In this document: one piece after another, positions 29,622 to 39,984 of the stretch | Layout of the letters: each line of letters starts with the position of its first letter | How positions within the stretch are numbered: position 1 is the first letter of the stretch | Assembly (NCBI GenBank): GCA_002070505.1 | Contig: MWDJ01000001.1 | Coordinates: 28,918-92,917 of the forward strand | Length of the DNA: 64,000 nt | Direction of reading: 5' to 3' | DNA from: Bacteroidetes bacterium ADurb.Bin145 | GTDB taxonomy: Bacteria > Bacteroidota > Bacteroidia > Bacteroidales > VadinHA17 | The notes under the pieces: generated by a model | What the model saw: the letters and a program-made list of their open reading frames with translations, nothing else | The model's database searches: none | What the model was told of the DNA's origin: nothing | Made by a program: the position numbers and the translations under genes

Positions 29622-31412
29622 TTATAATTGTATGATCAGTAATATCCTGCTCGTATCACGCAGAACTTCAACATTTATAGTTTGTCCGGGACTCATCTGA
29701 TTCATCCTGAACATATAGTCTTCAATATTATTTACGCTCTTGCCGTTTATTGCTTTGATTATGTCTCCCTTTTTCATTCCTCCAAGGGCTGCAGGCCGTC
29801 CGGGTGAAACAAAATCAGCTCTGAGGCCGTTCTTAACGTTACCTGCAAAATCAGGCATTATTCCGATTGTAACCCCTCTTCTCCTCATCTGTCTCTGCTG
29901 GTCGACCCTTGGACCTGATTCACGGAATTCAAGCTTATCCGGTTGAGAAGCCAGCGATTTTGCAATTTTAAATATCAGGTCTGAAACACTGACCATCCCT
30001 GAATAATTTATTTTGTCATATGTATCAGAAGGGGTATGATAATCAAAATGAGCTCCGGTAGAGAAGAATAATACCGGAATATCTTTACCATAAAATGAAG
30101 AATGATCTGAGGGGCCATATCCCTCATCAGTGATTGTAAGATTCAGCAAGCTTGAATCATTCTGTGAACTTATTATGTCTCTAAGTCCCTCGGCAGTACC
30201 AGCACCGCTTATCTGTACTGTTTTTGCCTCCTGAAGCCTGCCAAGCATATCAAGATTGATCATTGTATTAACCTTTGTAAGATCCACAAGTGGATTTTCT
30301 ACAAAATACTTTGAACCAAGAAGTCCCTTTTCTTCTCCTGAGAATGCTATACAGACAATGGTCCTTGGATGACTGCCTGGTGAGTGAGCAAATTTTTCAG
30401 CGATCTCAAGCATTGCACCTACACCCGATGCATTATCATCAGCACCATAATGAACCGCCACTGTATCGACAGCCCTGCTGGATGATCCCAGGCCTCCCAA
30501 TCCAAGATGATCGAAATGTGCTCCTATTATTAAGAATTCATTCTTCAGTGCAGCATCTTCCCCGGGAAGCATCATCACTATATTCCTTGTGTTCCCTGTC
30601 TCACTCAGCAGCTCAGCTTTTCCACTTACAGTGGTGCCGGTGATGAAACTTACGGGTTTCCCTGAATTGTTTATCTTTTTCTCAAGATCTGATATCGTTC
30701 TTTTAGACTTTGACAGGATCAGATCAGCAACCTCTCTTTTTATCCTCAAAACAGGGATACCCAGAGGAGAGGATTCAGTATCCGGAGACTCAAGAATATC
30801 CTGAGGATCAAAGGATGGTCCCGAGACCAGTAAAACACCTTCAGCTCCCATATCTTTGGCCATCAAGGCTTTATCACGATCGCTGTTCATCTGCGCGAAC
30901 CTGCTCACGGGCTTGTCAGTATCCGGATCGGCCCTTAGAAGCAGTACCCATTTGTCATTAACATCAATACCCTTATAATCATCCCATTGGAGGCTGTCGG
31001 TATTAATACTGAAACCATAACCTGCAAATACTGCTTCTGCAATAAGACCACTGTTTGAACTGAATGGCGATGGAGCGAAATCTGTCCCCTGGATGAAATG
31101 TTTTCCGTCTATTGACAGCGAGTTTTCCGGTCCTGCCTGCATTTTAAGAGTTACCCTGAATCTCTGGAATCCGTCACCTGAAACTGGCTTAAAACCATAG
31201 GACGCAAGTTCTTCCCTTATATACACGGCAGCAAGACTATCACCCGGAGTGCCTGTCAGTCTTCCCTTGAGTGAATCAGAAGCCAGGTATGAAATGTGGT
31301 CCCGTAATTCACCTTCAGTTATATCCTTTCCTGAATTGCATGATAAAAGAAAAATAAAAAACATCACAACTGATACCCGTGTGATGTTTTTAAAAAGTCC
31401 TGTAATTAACAT
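29622..31412 (-). CDS. M28 family metallopeptidase with PA domain and C-terminal PDZ domain
   Basis: GAHFDHLG, GADDNASG, FSGEEKGLLGS; C-terminal PDZ-like GGMKKGDIIKAINGKSV. Confidence 0.85.
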   Translation of the reverse strand: MLITGLFKNITRVSVVMFFIFLLSCNSGKDITEGELRDHISYLASDSLKGRLTGTPGDSLAAVYIREELASYGFKPVSGDGFQRFRVTLKMQAGPENSLSIDGKHFIQGTDFAPSPFSSNSGLIAEAVFAGYGFSINTDSLQWDDYKGIDVNDKWVLLLRADPDTDKPVSRFAQMNSDRDKALMAKDMGAEGVLLVSGPSFDPQDILESPDTESSPLGIPVLRIKREVADLILSKSKRTISDLEKKINNSGKPVSFITGTTVSGKAELLSETGNTRNIVMMLPGEDAALKNEFLIIGAHFDHLGLGGLGSSSRAVDTVAVHYGADDNASGVGAMLEIAEKFAHSPGSHPRTIVCIAFSGEEKGLLGSKYFVENPLVDLTKVNTMINLDMLGRLQEAKTVQISGAGTAEGLRDIISSQNDSSLLNLTITDEGYGPSDHSSFYGKDIPVLFFSTGAHFDYHTPSDTYDKINYSGMVSVSDLIFKIAKSLASQPDKLEFRESGPRVDQQRQMRRRGVTIGIMPDFAGNVKNGLRADFVSPGRPAALGGMKKGDIIKAINGKSVNNIEDYMFRMNQMSPGQTINVEVLRDTSRILLIIQL

Positions 31413-31493
31413 GTGCGTCTTTTTCTATACTTTGTTAATTAACAAATTTCCAAACTATTACATACTAATAAAACCCTTGTCCCTGCTTCGGAT

Positions 31494-31577
31494 TCCGGAC
31501 TTCGTACTCCGGACTTCGTACTCCGGACTTCGTACTCCGGACTTCCGTCTTCCGCCTTCCGCCTTCCGCCTTCCAAC
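31494..31577. repeat. 12-unit heptad array: (TCCGGAC TTCGTAC)x3, TCCGGAC TTCCGTC, (TTCCGCC)x3, TTCCAAC
   Basis: Read directly. It is 84 bp, exactly 12 x 7, and starts 6 nt beyond the rocD stop codon. Confidence 0.9.
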
Positions 31578-31583
31578 CTATCC

Positions 31584-32795
31584 TTATTCAAACATCGCAA
31601 ATGCCTTCTTTATCAGCGATATTGCTTCTCTTATCTGATCCTCAGTTATCACCAATGGCGGGGCAAATCTTATTATATGTTCATGAGTAGGTTTTGCTAT
31701 AAGTCCCTGTTCCATCATTGCAAGGCAAACATGCCATGCTGTCTTGCCGCCTTTTGGTTTTATCACTGTTGCATTTAATAATCCTTTACCGCGGACGATT
31801 TCGATCATATCCGACTTAATGCTTTTCAATTCATCGCGGAATATTTTTCCTAAACGTTCAGAATTTTCAGCCAGTTTTTCCTCCTTAATTACTTCAAGGG
31901 AGGCTATTCCCACCTTACCGGCCAGAGCATTACCTCCAAAAGTCGACCCATGTTCGCCCGGAAGGATAGTGAGCATTATTTCATCATCGGCAAGAACGGC
32001 AGATATCGGCATCACTCCGCCGGAAAGTGCTTTCCCCAGAATGAGTATATCTGGCCGTACTCCTTCATGATCGCAGGCAAGAAGTTTTCCTGTCCGTGCA
32101 AGACCGGTCTGTACTTCATCGGCTATAAAGAGAACATTGTGTTTCTTGCAGAGGTCATATGACTTTTTCAGATAACCCTCATCGGGAACAAAAACACCGG
32201 CCTCGCCCTGTATAGGCTCAACGAGGAAACCTGCAACGTCAGGATCCTGAAGAGCTTTTTCAAGAGCCTGGAGATCATTGTAAGGGATAATGATAAATCC
32301 CGGAGTAAATGGTCCGAAATGATTTGTAGCATCAGGATCAGTCGACATTGAAATTATCGTGATTGTACGGCCATGAAAATTACCTGCACAGCAGATTATC
32401 TTAGCTCTGTCTTTCTTAATACCTTTCTTTTTATATGCCCATTTCCTGCATAGCTTGAGTGCTGTTTCATCCGCTTCTGCCCCTGAATTCATTGGCAGTA
32501 CTTTATCATACTTGAAATATTTGGTGATGTATTCCTCATATTCACCAAGAACAGAATTATAGAATGCCCTGGAAGTAAGTGTCAGCTTTGAAGCCTGATC
32601 AGTCAGCGCCTTGATTATCTTCGGATGACAATGGCCTTGATTTACAGCTGAGTAGGCTGATAAAAAATCGAAGTACCGTTTGCCTTCAACATCCCAAACG
32701 AATGGACCTAAACCCCTCTCAAGCACAACAGGAAGCGGATGATAATTGTGAGCTCCGTATTTGTCTTCCCGTTTAATATAATCCTGTGTGTTCAT
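31584..32795 (-). CDS. rocD: ornithine--oxo-acid aminotransferase
   Basis: Class III aminotransferase; [15 protein letters not shown]-lysine region LGKALSGG; N-terminus [13 protein letters not shown] is typical of OAT. Confidence 0.88.
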   Translation of the reverse strand: MNTQDYIKREDKYGAHNYHPLPVVLERGLGPFVWDVEGKRYFDFLSAYSAVNQGHCHPKIIKALTDQASKLTLTSRAFYNSVLGEYEEYITKYFKYDKVLPMNSGAEADETALKLCRKWAYKKKGIKKDRAKIICCAGNFHGRTITIISMSTDPDATNHFGPFTPGFIIIPYNDLQALEKALQDPDVAGFLVEPIQGEAGVFVPDEGYLKKSYDLCKKHNVLFIADEVQTGLARTGKLLACDHEGVRPDILILGKALSGGVMPISAVLADDEIMLTILPGEHGSTFGGNALAGKVGIASLEVIKEEKLAENSERLGKIFRDELKSIKSDMIEIVRGKGLLNATVIKPKGGKTAWHVCLAMMEQGLIAKPTHEHIIRFAPPLVITEDQIREAISLIKKAFAMFE

Positions 32796-32886
32796 TTAAT
32801 TGATTATTAATTATTTATATTTTTGATATATTAAGTCACAAGTTTACAAAAGCTTTTTATTATTTCCAAAAGCATTATTCAGGCGG

Positions 32887-32958
32887 GTTGAAAAGTTGAA
32901 GAGTTGAAGAGTTGAAAAGGGGAGGCAAGGAACGAAGTTTGACGAACGGAGTGAGGAA
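32887..32958. repeat. octamer array GTTGAAAA GTTGAAGA GTTGAAGA GTTGAAAA, decaying into purine-rich 8-nt units
   Basis: Read directly. Four near-perfect units occupy 32887..32918, followed by GGGGAGGC AAGGAACG AAGTTTGA CGAACGGA GTGAGGAA. A 6-bp hairpin TCCCGA-GTA-TCGGGA follows at 32960..32974. Confidence 0.8.
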
Positions 32959-33023
32959 ATCCCGAGTATCGGGAGACGAAGTTCCGCGACAGAAGGGGGA
33001 GATTAAGATTTTTGGAATATGTT

Positions 33024-33704
33024 TCAATCATCTTTCAGGAGATCCGGCCGGAGTTTTTTTGTTCGTTCGAGGGATTGCTCGTGTCTCCATTTCTCAATTT
33101 CCGCAGCATGACCTGAGAGAAGTATATCAGGGACTTTCCAGCCCCGAAAATCTGCAGGTCGCGTGTATACTGGAGGAGCGAGAAGATCGTCCTGAAAAGA
33201 ATCAGAGAGAGCAGATTGTTCGTCCCCGAGAGCACCTGGAATAAGCCTTACAATGGCATCGGTTATGATTGCAGCCGGCAGTTCACCTCCGGAAAGGACA
33301 TAATCGCCAATTGATATTTCCCTTGTTATCAGATTATCACGTATCCTCTGGTCGACTCCTTTATAGTGACCTGCAAGAATAATGATATTTTCCTTCAACG
33401 AAAGCTGATTTGCAATTCTCTGCGTAAAATGTTCACCGTCGGGGGATGTGTAAATTATCTCATCATAATCACGTTCACTCTTGAGTTTCCCGATAGCGTT
33501 AAAAACAGGTTCGATCATCATTACCATTCCTGCACCACCTCCGAATGCATAGTCATCAACCGATCTGTAACGGTCTTTTGCATAATCGTGAAGATTAATC
33601 ACATTGATCTCCACCAGGTTCTTATCTCTGGCTCTTTTCACAATCGAATTGTTCAGGGGGCTGTAAAGGAGTTCCGGAACGGCGGTCAGAATATCTATTC
33701 TCAT
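33024..33704 (-). CDS. trmD: tRNA (guanine37-N1)-methyltransferase
   Basis: [13 protein letters not shown]..., [20 protein letters not shown]. Confidence 0.93.
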   Translation of the reverse strand: MRIDILTAVPELLYSPLNNSIVKRARDKNLVEINVINLHDYAKDRYRSVDDYAFGGGAGMVMMIEPVFNAIGKLKSERDYDEIIYTSPDGEHFTQRIANQLSLKENIIILAGHYKGVDQRIRDNLITREISIGDYVLSGGELPAAIITDAIVRLIPGALGDEQSALSDSFQDDLLAPPVYTRPADFRGWKVPDILLSGHAAEIEKWRHEQSLERTKKLRPDLLKDD

Positions 33705-33827
33705 ACCTGTGATTTGTGCAAAGTTAAAAATATTTAAAATGAAAAATTCCGATAATATACACAGTGAATTCCCTGAATAAGACGATAAAAATTCTTTACT
33801 TGCTTATTAAACCTAGTACTGACCTTT

Positions 33828-35306
33828 ATGACACGTGAATCCTTCTCTTCCAAGCTGAGAAAGCTTGAGATAATAATTGACAGATCGCCTTCTATTGACC
33901 GTTATTATTCAATTCCTGCAGATGAGTTTATTGAACGTCGCCGTAAAACCTGGAATGAGCTTATATCGATAGCGGATATAGATGTTGCTTTTGCCTTTTC
34001 TGACGAACATTACAGCGGTGATGTACCATATCTCGGAGGCAATATTAATTATTCAATTGAGCAGGTAGCTTTCGGACTTGGACCTGACCCTCTGTCCTCA
34101 GGTATCATTGCAGGTTTTGAAGGTGTCTATATAGCCGGCCAGCTGGCCAGCCGGGCTGCAATACGCGTTTATCCAACGGAGAGTCTGCAGCTTGCGGATG
34201 AGAAATATCCTGTTGAAGGATTCTCGCTTAAAGATATCCTTGAGACAATTGCAGGCCATAAGATCCGGCGAATCGGACTCTTAAGTCCACGGCAGGTGAT
34301 ACCTGCAGGGATAATCGCCAATCTTGAAGAAATAGCCGGCAAGGATAACGTTATAGATACTCAGGGGCCATTTCAGAAGGTAAAGAACCTTAAGAGCGAT
34401 AATGAAATGAAGCTTATTGAGGATGCAGGTTATATTACATCTCTGGCGTTAAGGGCTATGCTTGCAGTGACAGAGCCGGGGATGGATGAAACAGAAGTGG
34501 CCGCTTTCGGAGATATGCTGGCAAAATGGATGGGCTGCGAACGGCAGGGCTTTCAGACAATGGTGGGCTCTGATACAGCCTGCGCCACAATGATAGGACC
34601 TGCATTGAACAGACCAATTGCCGAAGGTGAGTTTATGCATCTGGGAACATCATATAAAAGAGACGGACTGACAGCCTGTTGCCGCAGAAGTATTTTTTCT
34701 GGAAAAAGTGGATCAACATCATATCGTGAATATTTCAGAAAACTGGTGGAAGAAGGTTTCGTTACAGGAATTAAAGCCTATGCAGACATTGCAGAAAATG
34801 ACAAACCGGCAAAGATCCAGGAAAAAGCACTGATCGACTTTTTCAATTCGCGGACAGATGAAATGCTGGGAGTGGTTCAGGAAAAATATGGGAAAACAAT
34901 TGCTTCATCACTGAGAGATTATCTTTATTCCGATATCCCGGGTATTACCAAAGGTCTGGCAAGAATGAAACCATATACCGGTACGCATAATTCAGGATAT
35001 ACTGAGTGCCAGGAGTTCTATGGGGCAATTACTCTCGATTCGGAGGAACCTCTTGAAAAACAAGTTGTTACTATGCTGGATGTAGCCTTAAGAGGAAGAG
35101 GCAGCAAATGGCTGGGAGTGGAGTTTGAAAAGATAATACCGGATTTTGACTACTGGGTTGTTGAAGATACTCTGGGGAAATATGGAAACACTGTAAAAAA
35201 CCTTACCGGGGAGCTTCAACCGGGTGGCAGGATAGTGAAAGGTTTCGGAAAGATCCCTGTAAATGTTCAGTCTATGGTCGGTAATATAAATGAGTACACT
35301 GCCTGA
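33828..35306 (+). CDS. M24 (creatinase/Xaa-Pro peptidase) fold-like protein
   Basis: 492 aa. The layout resembles a creatinase-like N-domain followed by a pita-bread domain (KSDNEMKLIEDAGYITSLALRAM...ETEVAAF...IAEGEFMHLG). Canonical metal ligands are not obvious. Confidence 0.45.
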   Translation: MTRESFSSKLRKLEIIIDRSPSIDRYYSIPADEFIERRRKTWNELISIADIDVAFAFSDEHYSGDVPYLGGNINYSIEQVAFGLGPDPLSSGIIAGFEGVYIAGQLASRAAIRVYPTESLQLADEKYPVEGFSLKDILETIAGHKIRRIGLLSPRQVIPAGIIANLEEIAGKDNVIDTQGPFQKVKNLKSDNEMKLIEDAGYITSLALRAMLAVTEPGMDETEVAAFGDMLAKWMGCERQGFQTMVGSDTACATMIGPALNRPIAEGEFMHLGTSYKRDGLTACCRRSIFSGKSGSTSYREYFRKLVEEGFVTGIKAYADIAENDKPAKIQEKALIDFFNSRTDEMLGVVQEKYGKTIASSLRDYLYSDIPGITKGLARMKPYTGTHNSGYTECQEFYGAITLDSEEPLEKQVVTMLDVALRGRGSKWLGVEFEKIIPDFDYWVVEDTLGKYGNTVKNLTGELQPGGRIVKGFGKIPVNVQSMVGNINEYTA

Positions 35307-35352
35307 TGCTAAGGATCAGACTTATATGTAGAGCCTATTAATAAATATAATT

Positions 35353-38022
35353 ATGAAAAAGCCAGCCTGCTTACTTTTTATGAAGATGTTTTATGCGATT
35401 GCATTGATGACTCTTATAAGCTCCTGTAAACGGACAACTGATGATCAAGCGCGGCAGTTTTTTCTTACAGATGATTGGCAGATCCAGTCCTCTGACAGCA
35501 TAAAAACGACCGGAGATTTGATCTCAACCGAAGGTTTTGTGCCGGAGAAATGGTATAAAACAACCGTTCCGGCGACTGTTCTGTCAGTACTCGTTGATAA
35601 CAATGTCTATCCGGATCCTTTTTTCGGTATGAATCTGAGATCGATCCCGGGAACGGATTATGATCTTTACCGGAACTTTTCGAATCTTTCAATGTCTGAG
35701 AAAAGCCCTTTCCGTGTCCCGTGGTGGTACAGAACTGAATTTCAGTTACCTGCCGATTACAACAATAAATCAGTTCAGATGCATTTCAGGGGTATCAACT
35801 ACAGGGCAAATATCTGGCTCAATGGCAAGCTTCTGGCTGATTCAACCGAAGTTGCGGGGTGTTTCAGGGTATATGAATTTGATATCACCGACTATGCAAA
35901 ATTTAGTGGCAATAATTATCTGGCTGTTGAGGTTTTTGCTCCACGGAAGGATGACCTGGCCATTACATGGGTGGAATGGAATCCTGCACCACCCGATAAG
36001 AACATGGGTATCTGGCATGAGGTACTTTTAACTGCATCAGATCCTGTTAAGGTCAGGTATCCTCAGGTAGTAACTGAGTTTGATCTTCCATCCCTGGAAG
36101 TGGCCCATCTGAATGTAAGTGCGGAAGTTCAGAATTACAGCGATAAGCCTGTCAGGGGAACTCTGAAAGGGACGATCGAAAATATTGAATTTACAAAAAA
36201 AGTCTCACTGGGAGCCAATGAGGTAAAAGTGGTCACATTTACACCGGATGAATATCGACAGCTTAACATTAAGAATCCTCGGATCTGGTGGCCGGTACAT
36301 TATGGCAATCCGGATCTTTATACATTGAAAATGGAATTTGAATCGGGAGGTAAGATATCAGATTCACAATCAATAAATTTTGGCATCCGGCAGGTGACTT
36401 CAGAGCTGACAGGCAACAATTACCTGCTGTTCAAAATAAATGGAAAGAACATATTGATAAGGGGAGGGGGCAGGGCATCAGATTTGCTCCTGAGAACTGA
36501 CTCGACCCGTCTCGAAACTGAAATAAGATATGTTAAAGAGATGAATCTCAACACTATAAGGTTAGAGGGGAAACTTGAAAATGATTATTTCTATGACCTT
36601 TGCGATAAGAATGGGATACTTGTTATGCCCGGATGGTGTTGCTGCGATCACTGGGAAAAATGGAAAAACTGGGATGCTGAGGACCATATTATTGCCGGGA
36701 AATGCTTGAGAGACCAGGTGCGGAGATTACGGAACCATGCCTGTATACTGACTTGGCTTTATGGGAGTGACTATCCTCCGACGGCTGAGGTTGAGAAAAT
36801 GTATCTTGAAGTATTCAAAGAAAACAACTGGCCGAATCCTCACCAGTCATCGGCTGCACTGAAACCCACTGAGGTTACCGGTTATTCAGGAATAAGAATG
36901 GAAGGCCCTTACTTCTTTACAGAACCATCATACTGGCTGTTAGATACTTTACGGGGAGGTGCTTTTGGTTTTAACGCCGAGATCGGACCGGGAGCATCAA
37001 TACCAAAAATGGAAAGTATTCTTGAAATGTTCCCTGCGGACCATTTGTGGCCGGTTGACGATTACTGGCATTACCACGCCAGAGGAGGTAACCCTGCAAA
37101 AATGCTGGATATCGATAACGCGGCATTAAACGCCAGGTTTGGTAAGGCGAAGAACCTTGAGGATTATGTTAAGAAATCCCATATGCAGGCTTATGAAGGA
37201 AAGAGGGCAATGTTTGAGGCATATGCAAGGAATAAATATATAAGCACAGGAGTAATTCAATGGATGATGAACAATGCATGGCCAGGTGTATACTGGAACC
37301 TTTACGACTATTTCCTGAGAACAGGCGGTTCATATTTCGGTACTAAAAAAGCATGCGAACCTCTCCATATACAGTATTCATATGATGACCGGTCAGTCGT
37401 TGCAGTAAGTTCTTTCCTTGAGACTTACAAGGGATTAAAAGCTTCAGTCTCCGTATTGAATTTCGATCTGAAGGAGAAATATTCAAATACTGTTACTTTC
37501 GATATGGAACCCGATGGTGTTAAAAGACTTGATACAATACCGGAAATAAAAGACCTTTCGGTAACTTACTTTGTGAAGCTGGAGTTGAAAGATAGTGCCG
37601 GCAAAATAGTCAGTTCAAATTTTTACTGGCTTTCTACAGTAAAAGAAGTATTCAACTGGGAGAAATCTTATTTCTGGACCACACCTATGATATCCTATCC
37701 CGATTATATAGCTCTTCAGTCGCTGCCTGAAGTCAGACTTGAAGTCACAGGCAAAATTGATACCGAGAAGGCCGAAGGGCAGGTCAGAATTATAGTAAGT
37801 AACCCATCAGACAAACTTGCTTTTGGCGTGAATGTAATGCTTGCCAATAATGATAACGGTAAAGAGATAATCCCCGTCTTATGGGATGATAATTACTTTG
37901 CCTTGCTTCCGGGGGAAAAGAAGGAGCTCACTGCGACCTATACGGGAGAAAAGTTAAAGGAGAAAAATCCTGTGATAAAAGTCGCAGGATGGAATGTCAG
38001 TACTGTTAATGTATCACTTTAA
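35353..38022 (+). CDS. glycoside hydrolase family 2 (exo-beta-D-glucosaminidase/beta-mannosidase-like)
   Basis: Lipoprotein signal (LISSC); GH2 sugar-binding region WWYRTEFQLP, INYRANIWLNGKLL; TIM-barrel region NTIRLEGK, PGWCCCDHWE. Confidence 0.85.
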   Translation: MKKPACLLFMKMFYAIALMTLISSCKRTTDDQARQFFLTDDWQIQSSDSIKTTGDLISTEGFVPEKWYKTTVPATVLSVLVDNNVYPDPFFGMNLRSIPGTDYDLYRNFSNLSMSEKSPFRVPWWYRTEFQLPADYNNKSVQMHFRGINYRANIWLNGKLLADSTEVAGCFRVYEFDITDYAKFSGNNYLAVEVFAPRKDDLAITWVEWNPAPPDKNMGIWHEVLLTASDPVKVRYPQVVTEFDLPSLEVAHLNVSAEVQNYSDKPVRGTLKGTIENIEFTKKVSLGANEVKVVTFTPDEYRQLNIKNPRIWWPVHYGNPDLYTLKMEFESGGKISDSQSINFGIRQVTSELTGNNYLLFKINGKNILIRGGGRASDLLLRTDSTRLETEIRYVKEMNLNTIRLEGKLENDYFYDLCDKNGILVMPGWCCCDHWEKWKNWDAEDHIIAGKCLRDQVRRLRNHACILTWLYGSDYPPTAEVEKMYLEVFKENNWPNPHQSSAALKPTEVTGYSGIRMEGPYFFTEPSYWLLDTLRGGAFGFNAEIGPGASIPKMESILEMFPADHLWPVDDYWHYHARGGNPAKMLDIDNAALNARFGKAKNLEDYVKKSHMQAYEGKRAMFEAYARNKYISTGVIQWMMNNAWPGVYWNLYDYFLRTGGSYFGTKKACEPLHIQYSYDDRSVVAVSSFLETYKGLKASVSVLNFDLKEKYSNTVTFDMEPDGVKRLDTIPEIKDLSVTYFVKLELKDSAGKIVSSNFYWLSTVKEVFNWEKSYFWTTPMISYPDYIALQSLPEVRLEVTGKIDTEKAEGQVRIIVSNPSDKLAFGVNVMLANNDNGKEIIPVLWDDNYFALLPGEKKELTATYTGEKLKEKNPVIKVAGWNVSTVNVSL

Positions 38023-38047
38023 AGACGGAGCTTAAACTATAACACAG

Positions 38048-38290
38048 ATGGATTGTCGGCCAGGGTGCGGAGCCTGTTGTATTGCAATATCAATATCTTC
38101 ACCCATTCCGGGGATGCCTGATGGCAAACCTGCAGGCGTGAGATGTATCCATCTTTCAAGTGATTACAGATGTGCCCTTTATGGAGATGCCTCACGGCCC
38201 CGGGTATGTATAGATTTCAAAGCTGAACCTGATTTTTGCGGATCTGACAGAGAGGAAGCAATGAGGATATTGTCGGCATTGGAAGGCTGA
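38048..38290 (+). CDS. YkgJ-family cysteine-cluster protein
   Basis: 80 aa with CRPGCGACC...C...C...C spacing. Confidence 0.7.
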   Translation: MDCRPGCGACCIAISISSPIPGMPDGKPAGVRCIHLSSDYRCALYGDASRPRVCIDFKAEPDFCGSDREEAMRILSALEG

Positions 38291-38295
38291 AGTGA

Positions 38296-39984
38296 TCAGT
38301 GTCCTGATCTATACACTACCTTGCCCCCGACAATTGTATAATCGACTTTGGTCTTCATTATTTCTGTCTCGGGTATCGTTAACAGGTCTTTGTCAACAAT
38401 AACTATATCAGCCAGATAGCCCTGTCTGATCATTCCTTTTCTGTTTTCCATGAACTGAGCATAAGCTGACCCGAGAGTATAGAATCTGATTGCTTCCTCC
38501 ATTGTCAGCTTCTGTTCTGGGAACCAGCCTTCACCGTCCTCACCAAGCCGTTCTTTTCTTGTGACAGCTGCATACAGTCCCTCCATCGGATTTAAGGGCT
38601 CTACCTGATAGTCGGTACCGAAAGCTATTGAAGCGCCGGCATCAGTGAGACTCCTCCATGCATAGGCACCTTTGCTTCTTTCGAATCCAATCCTTTTTTC
38701 ACAGAACTTCTTATCTGATATACAGTGAGTCGGCTGCATTGAAGGAATAACACCCAGCTCAGCAAACCTTTGTATATCTGAAAGCTGCAAGGTCTGGGCA
38801 TGCTCATCACGGTGACGGCTGTCACGTTTCCCGTTTACTTTTCCAGCTTTTTCAAAAGCGTTCAATGTCCAGTTATTTCCCTTATCGCCGATTGAATGAA
38901 CTCCTATCTGGAAACCGTACCTGTCAGCAGTTACCACCATATCTTCAAATTCTTTATAAGTCATCATGGCAAGACCTGATGTCCTTGGATTATCTGTGAA
39001 AGGCGAGAACATAAGAGCTGTCCCCGATCCGATAGTCCCGTCAATGAAAGCTTTAAGATACCCGAACCTTAGCCAGTTATTATCGGGATTGTATTTTTCA
39101 CGTATTTCAAGATATTTATTCAGTAGAGCTGTATCTCCGGTAAGAGATTTTCCTATGTCGATCCTGCTTGTAAGCAGTCCTTCGTTATAAAGTTTTTCAT
39201 ATGCTTTGAAGTCGGCATCCCCGGGGATCTGAATACTTGTAACCCCAAGTTCCCTTGCTTCCTTAAGGGCCATAAGATATCCCTGCCAGGTTTTTGCTTC
39301 TGTCTCTGCCGGCGTCATTTCCTTCCTGTCATCACCGGTTATGATAAGGTTCTGGGCGTTTTCCTTCAGGATACCTGTTGGTTCGCCTGTTTCCGGATCC
39401 TTAACTATCTCTCCGCCTTCAGGATCAGGGGTGTTCTTTCCTATCCCTGACATTTTAAGTACATAGCTGTTCACAAGAACCGAATGGCCGTCTGCGCGGC
39501 TTAGAATAACCGGATTATCCGGCGATACCTTATCAATAAGCTCTTTTGAGGGCCATTTTTTATCATAGAACATCTCATGCTCCCAGTGCCCTCCGCGGAT
39601 GAGCTCCCCGGGCCTTGATTTCAGGACCTGGTCTCTTACTTTACCTGTAATGATCGAAGGATCAGTGGTATACCTCAATTCTATATAATCCGGATCAAGT
39701 GGCCCGAAATGAGCATGTGCATCATTAAAACCCGGTATTACAAGTCGGCCTCCGGCATCTATGACCTCAGTTTTTTCTTTGTCCTTGTATATTTCCAATT
39801 TACTTGCGGTCCCGACAGCTATAATCTTATCCCCTTTTATTGCTATCGCTTCAGCATAAGGTTTCTCATTGTCAATGGTAAGAACCTTCCCGTTAATGAT
39901 CATCAGATCTGCTTTATCACGGATCTGACATCCGCCTGCTATCATGATCGGTATTATAGTTGCTATTTCAAAAATTAACCTCAT
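38296..39984 (-). CDS. amidohydrolase-family metal-dependent hydrolase (Amidohydro_3/YtcJ-like)
   Basis: PGFNDAHAHF (HxH), HSIGD, a C-terminal Asp region, and size of about 560 aa. Confidence 0.8.
   Translation of the reverse strand: MRLIFEIATIIPIMIAGGCQIRDKADLMIINGKVLTIDNEKPYAEAIAIKGDKIIAVGTASKLEIYKDKEKTEVIDAGGRLVIPGFNDAHAHFGPLDPDYIELRYTTDPSIITGKVRDQVLKSRPGELIRGGHWEHEMFYDKKWPSKELIDKVSPDNPVILSRADGHSVLVNSYVLKMSGIGKNTPDPEGGEIVKDPETGEPTGILKENAQNLIITGDDRKEMTPAETEAKTWQGYLMALKEARELGVTSIQIPGDADFKAYEKLYNEGLLTSRIDIGKSLTGDTALLNKYLEIREKYNPDNNWLRFGYLKAFIDGTIGSGTALMFSPFTDNPRTSGLAMMTYKEFEDMVVTADRYGFQIGVHSIGDKGNNWTLNAFEKAGKVNGKRDSRHRDEHAQTLQLSDIQRFAELGVIPSMQPTHCISDKKFCEKRIGFERSKGAYAWRSLTDAGASIAFGTDYQVEPLNPMEGLYAAVTRKERLGEDGEGWFPEQKLTMEEAIRFYTLGSAYAQFMENRKGMIRQGYLADIVIVDKDLLTIPETEIMKTKVDYTIVGGKVVYRSGH

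Noticed and set aside
31249-31638. Plus-strand ORF (129 aa) spanning the 31494-31577 heptad array
   Set aside because: It is antisense to the 5' end of the M28-PDZ peptidase gene and the 3' end of rocD. Its repeat-derived PDF/RLP sequence is an artefact of the array.
32912-33244. Plus-strand ORF (110 aa) starting in the purine-rich octamer zone
   Set aside because: It overlaps trmD in antisense. Its Lys/Arg/Glu/Gly-rich sequence merely reflects polypurine DNA.
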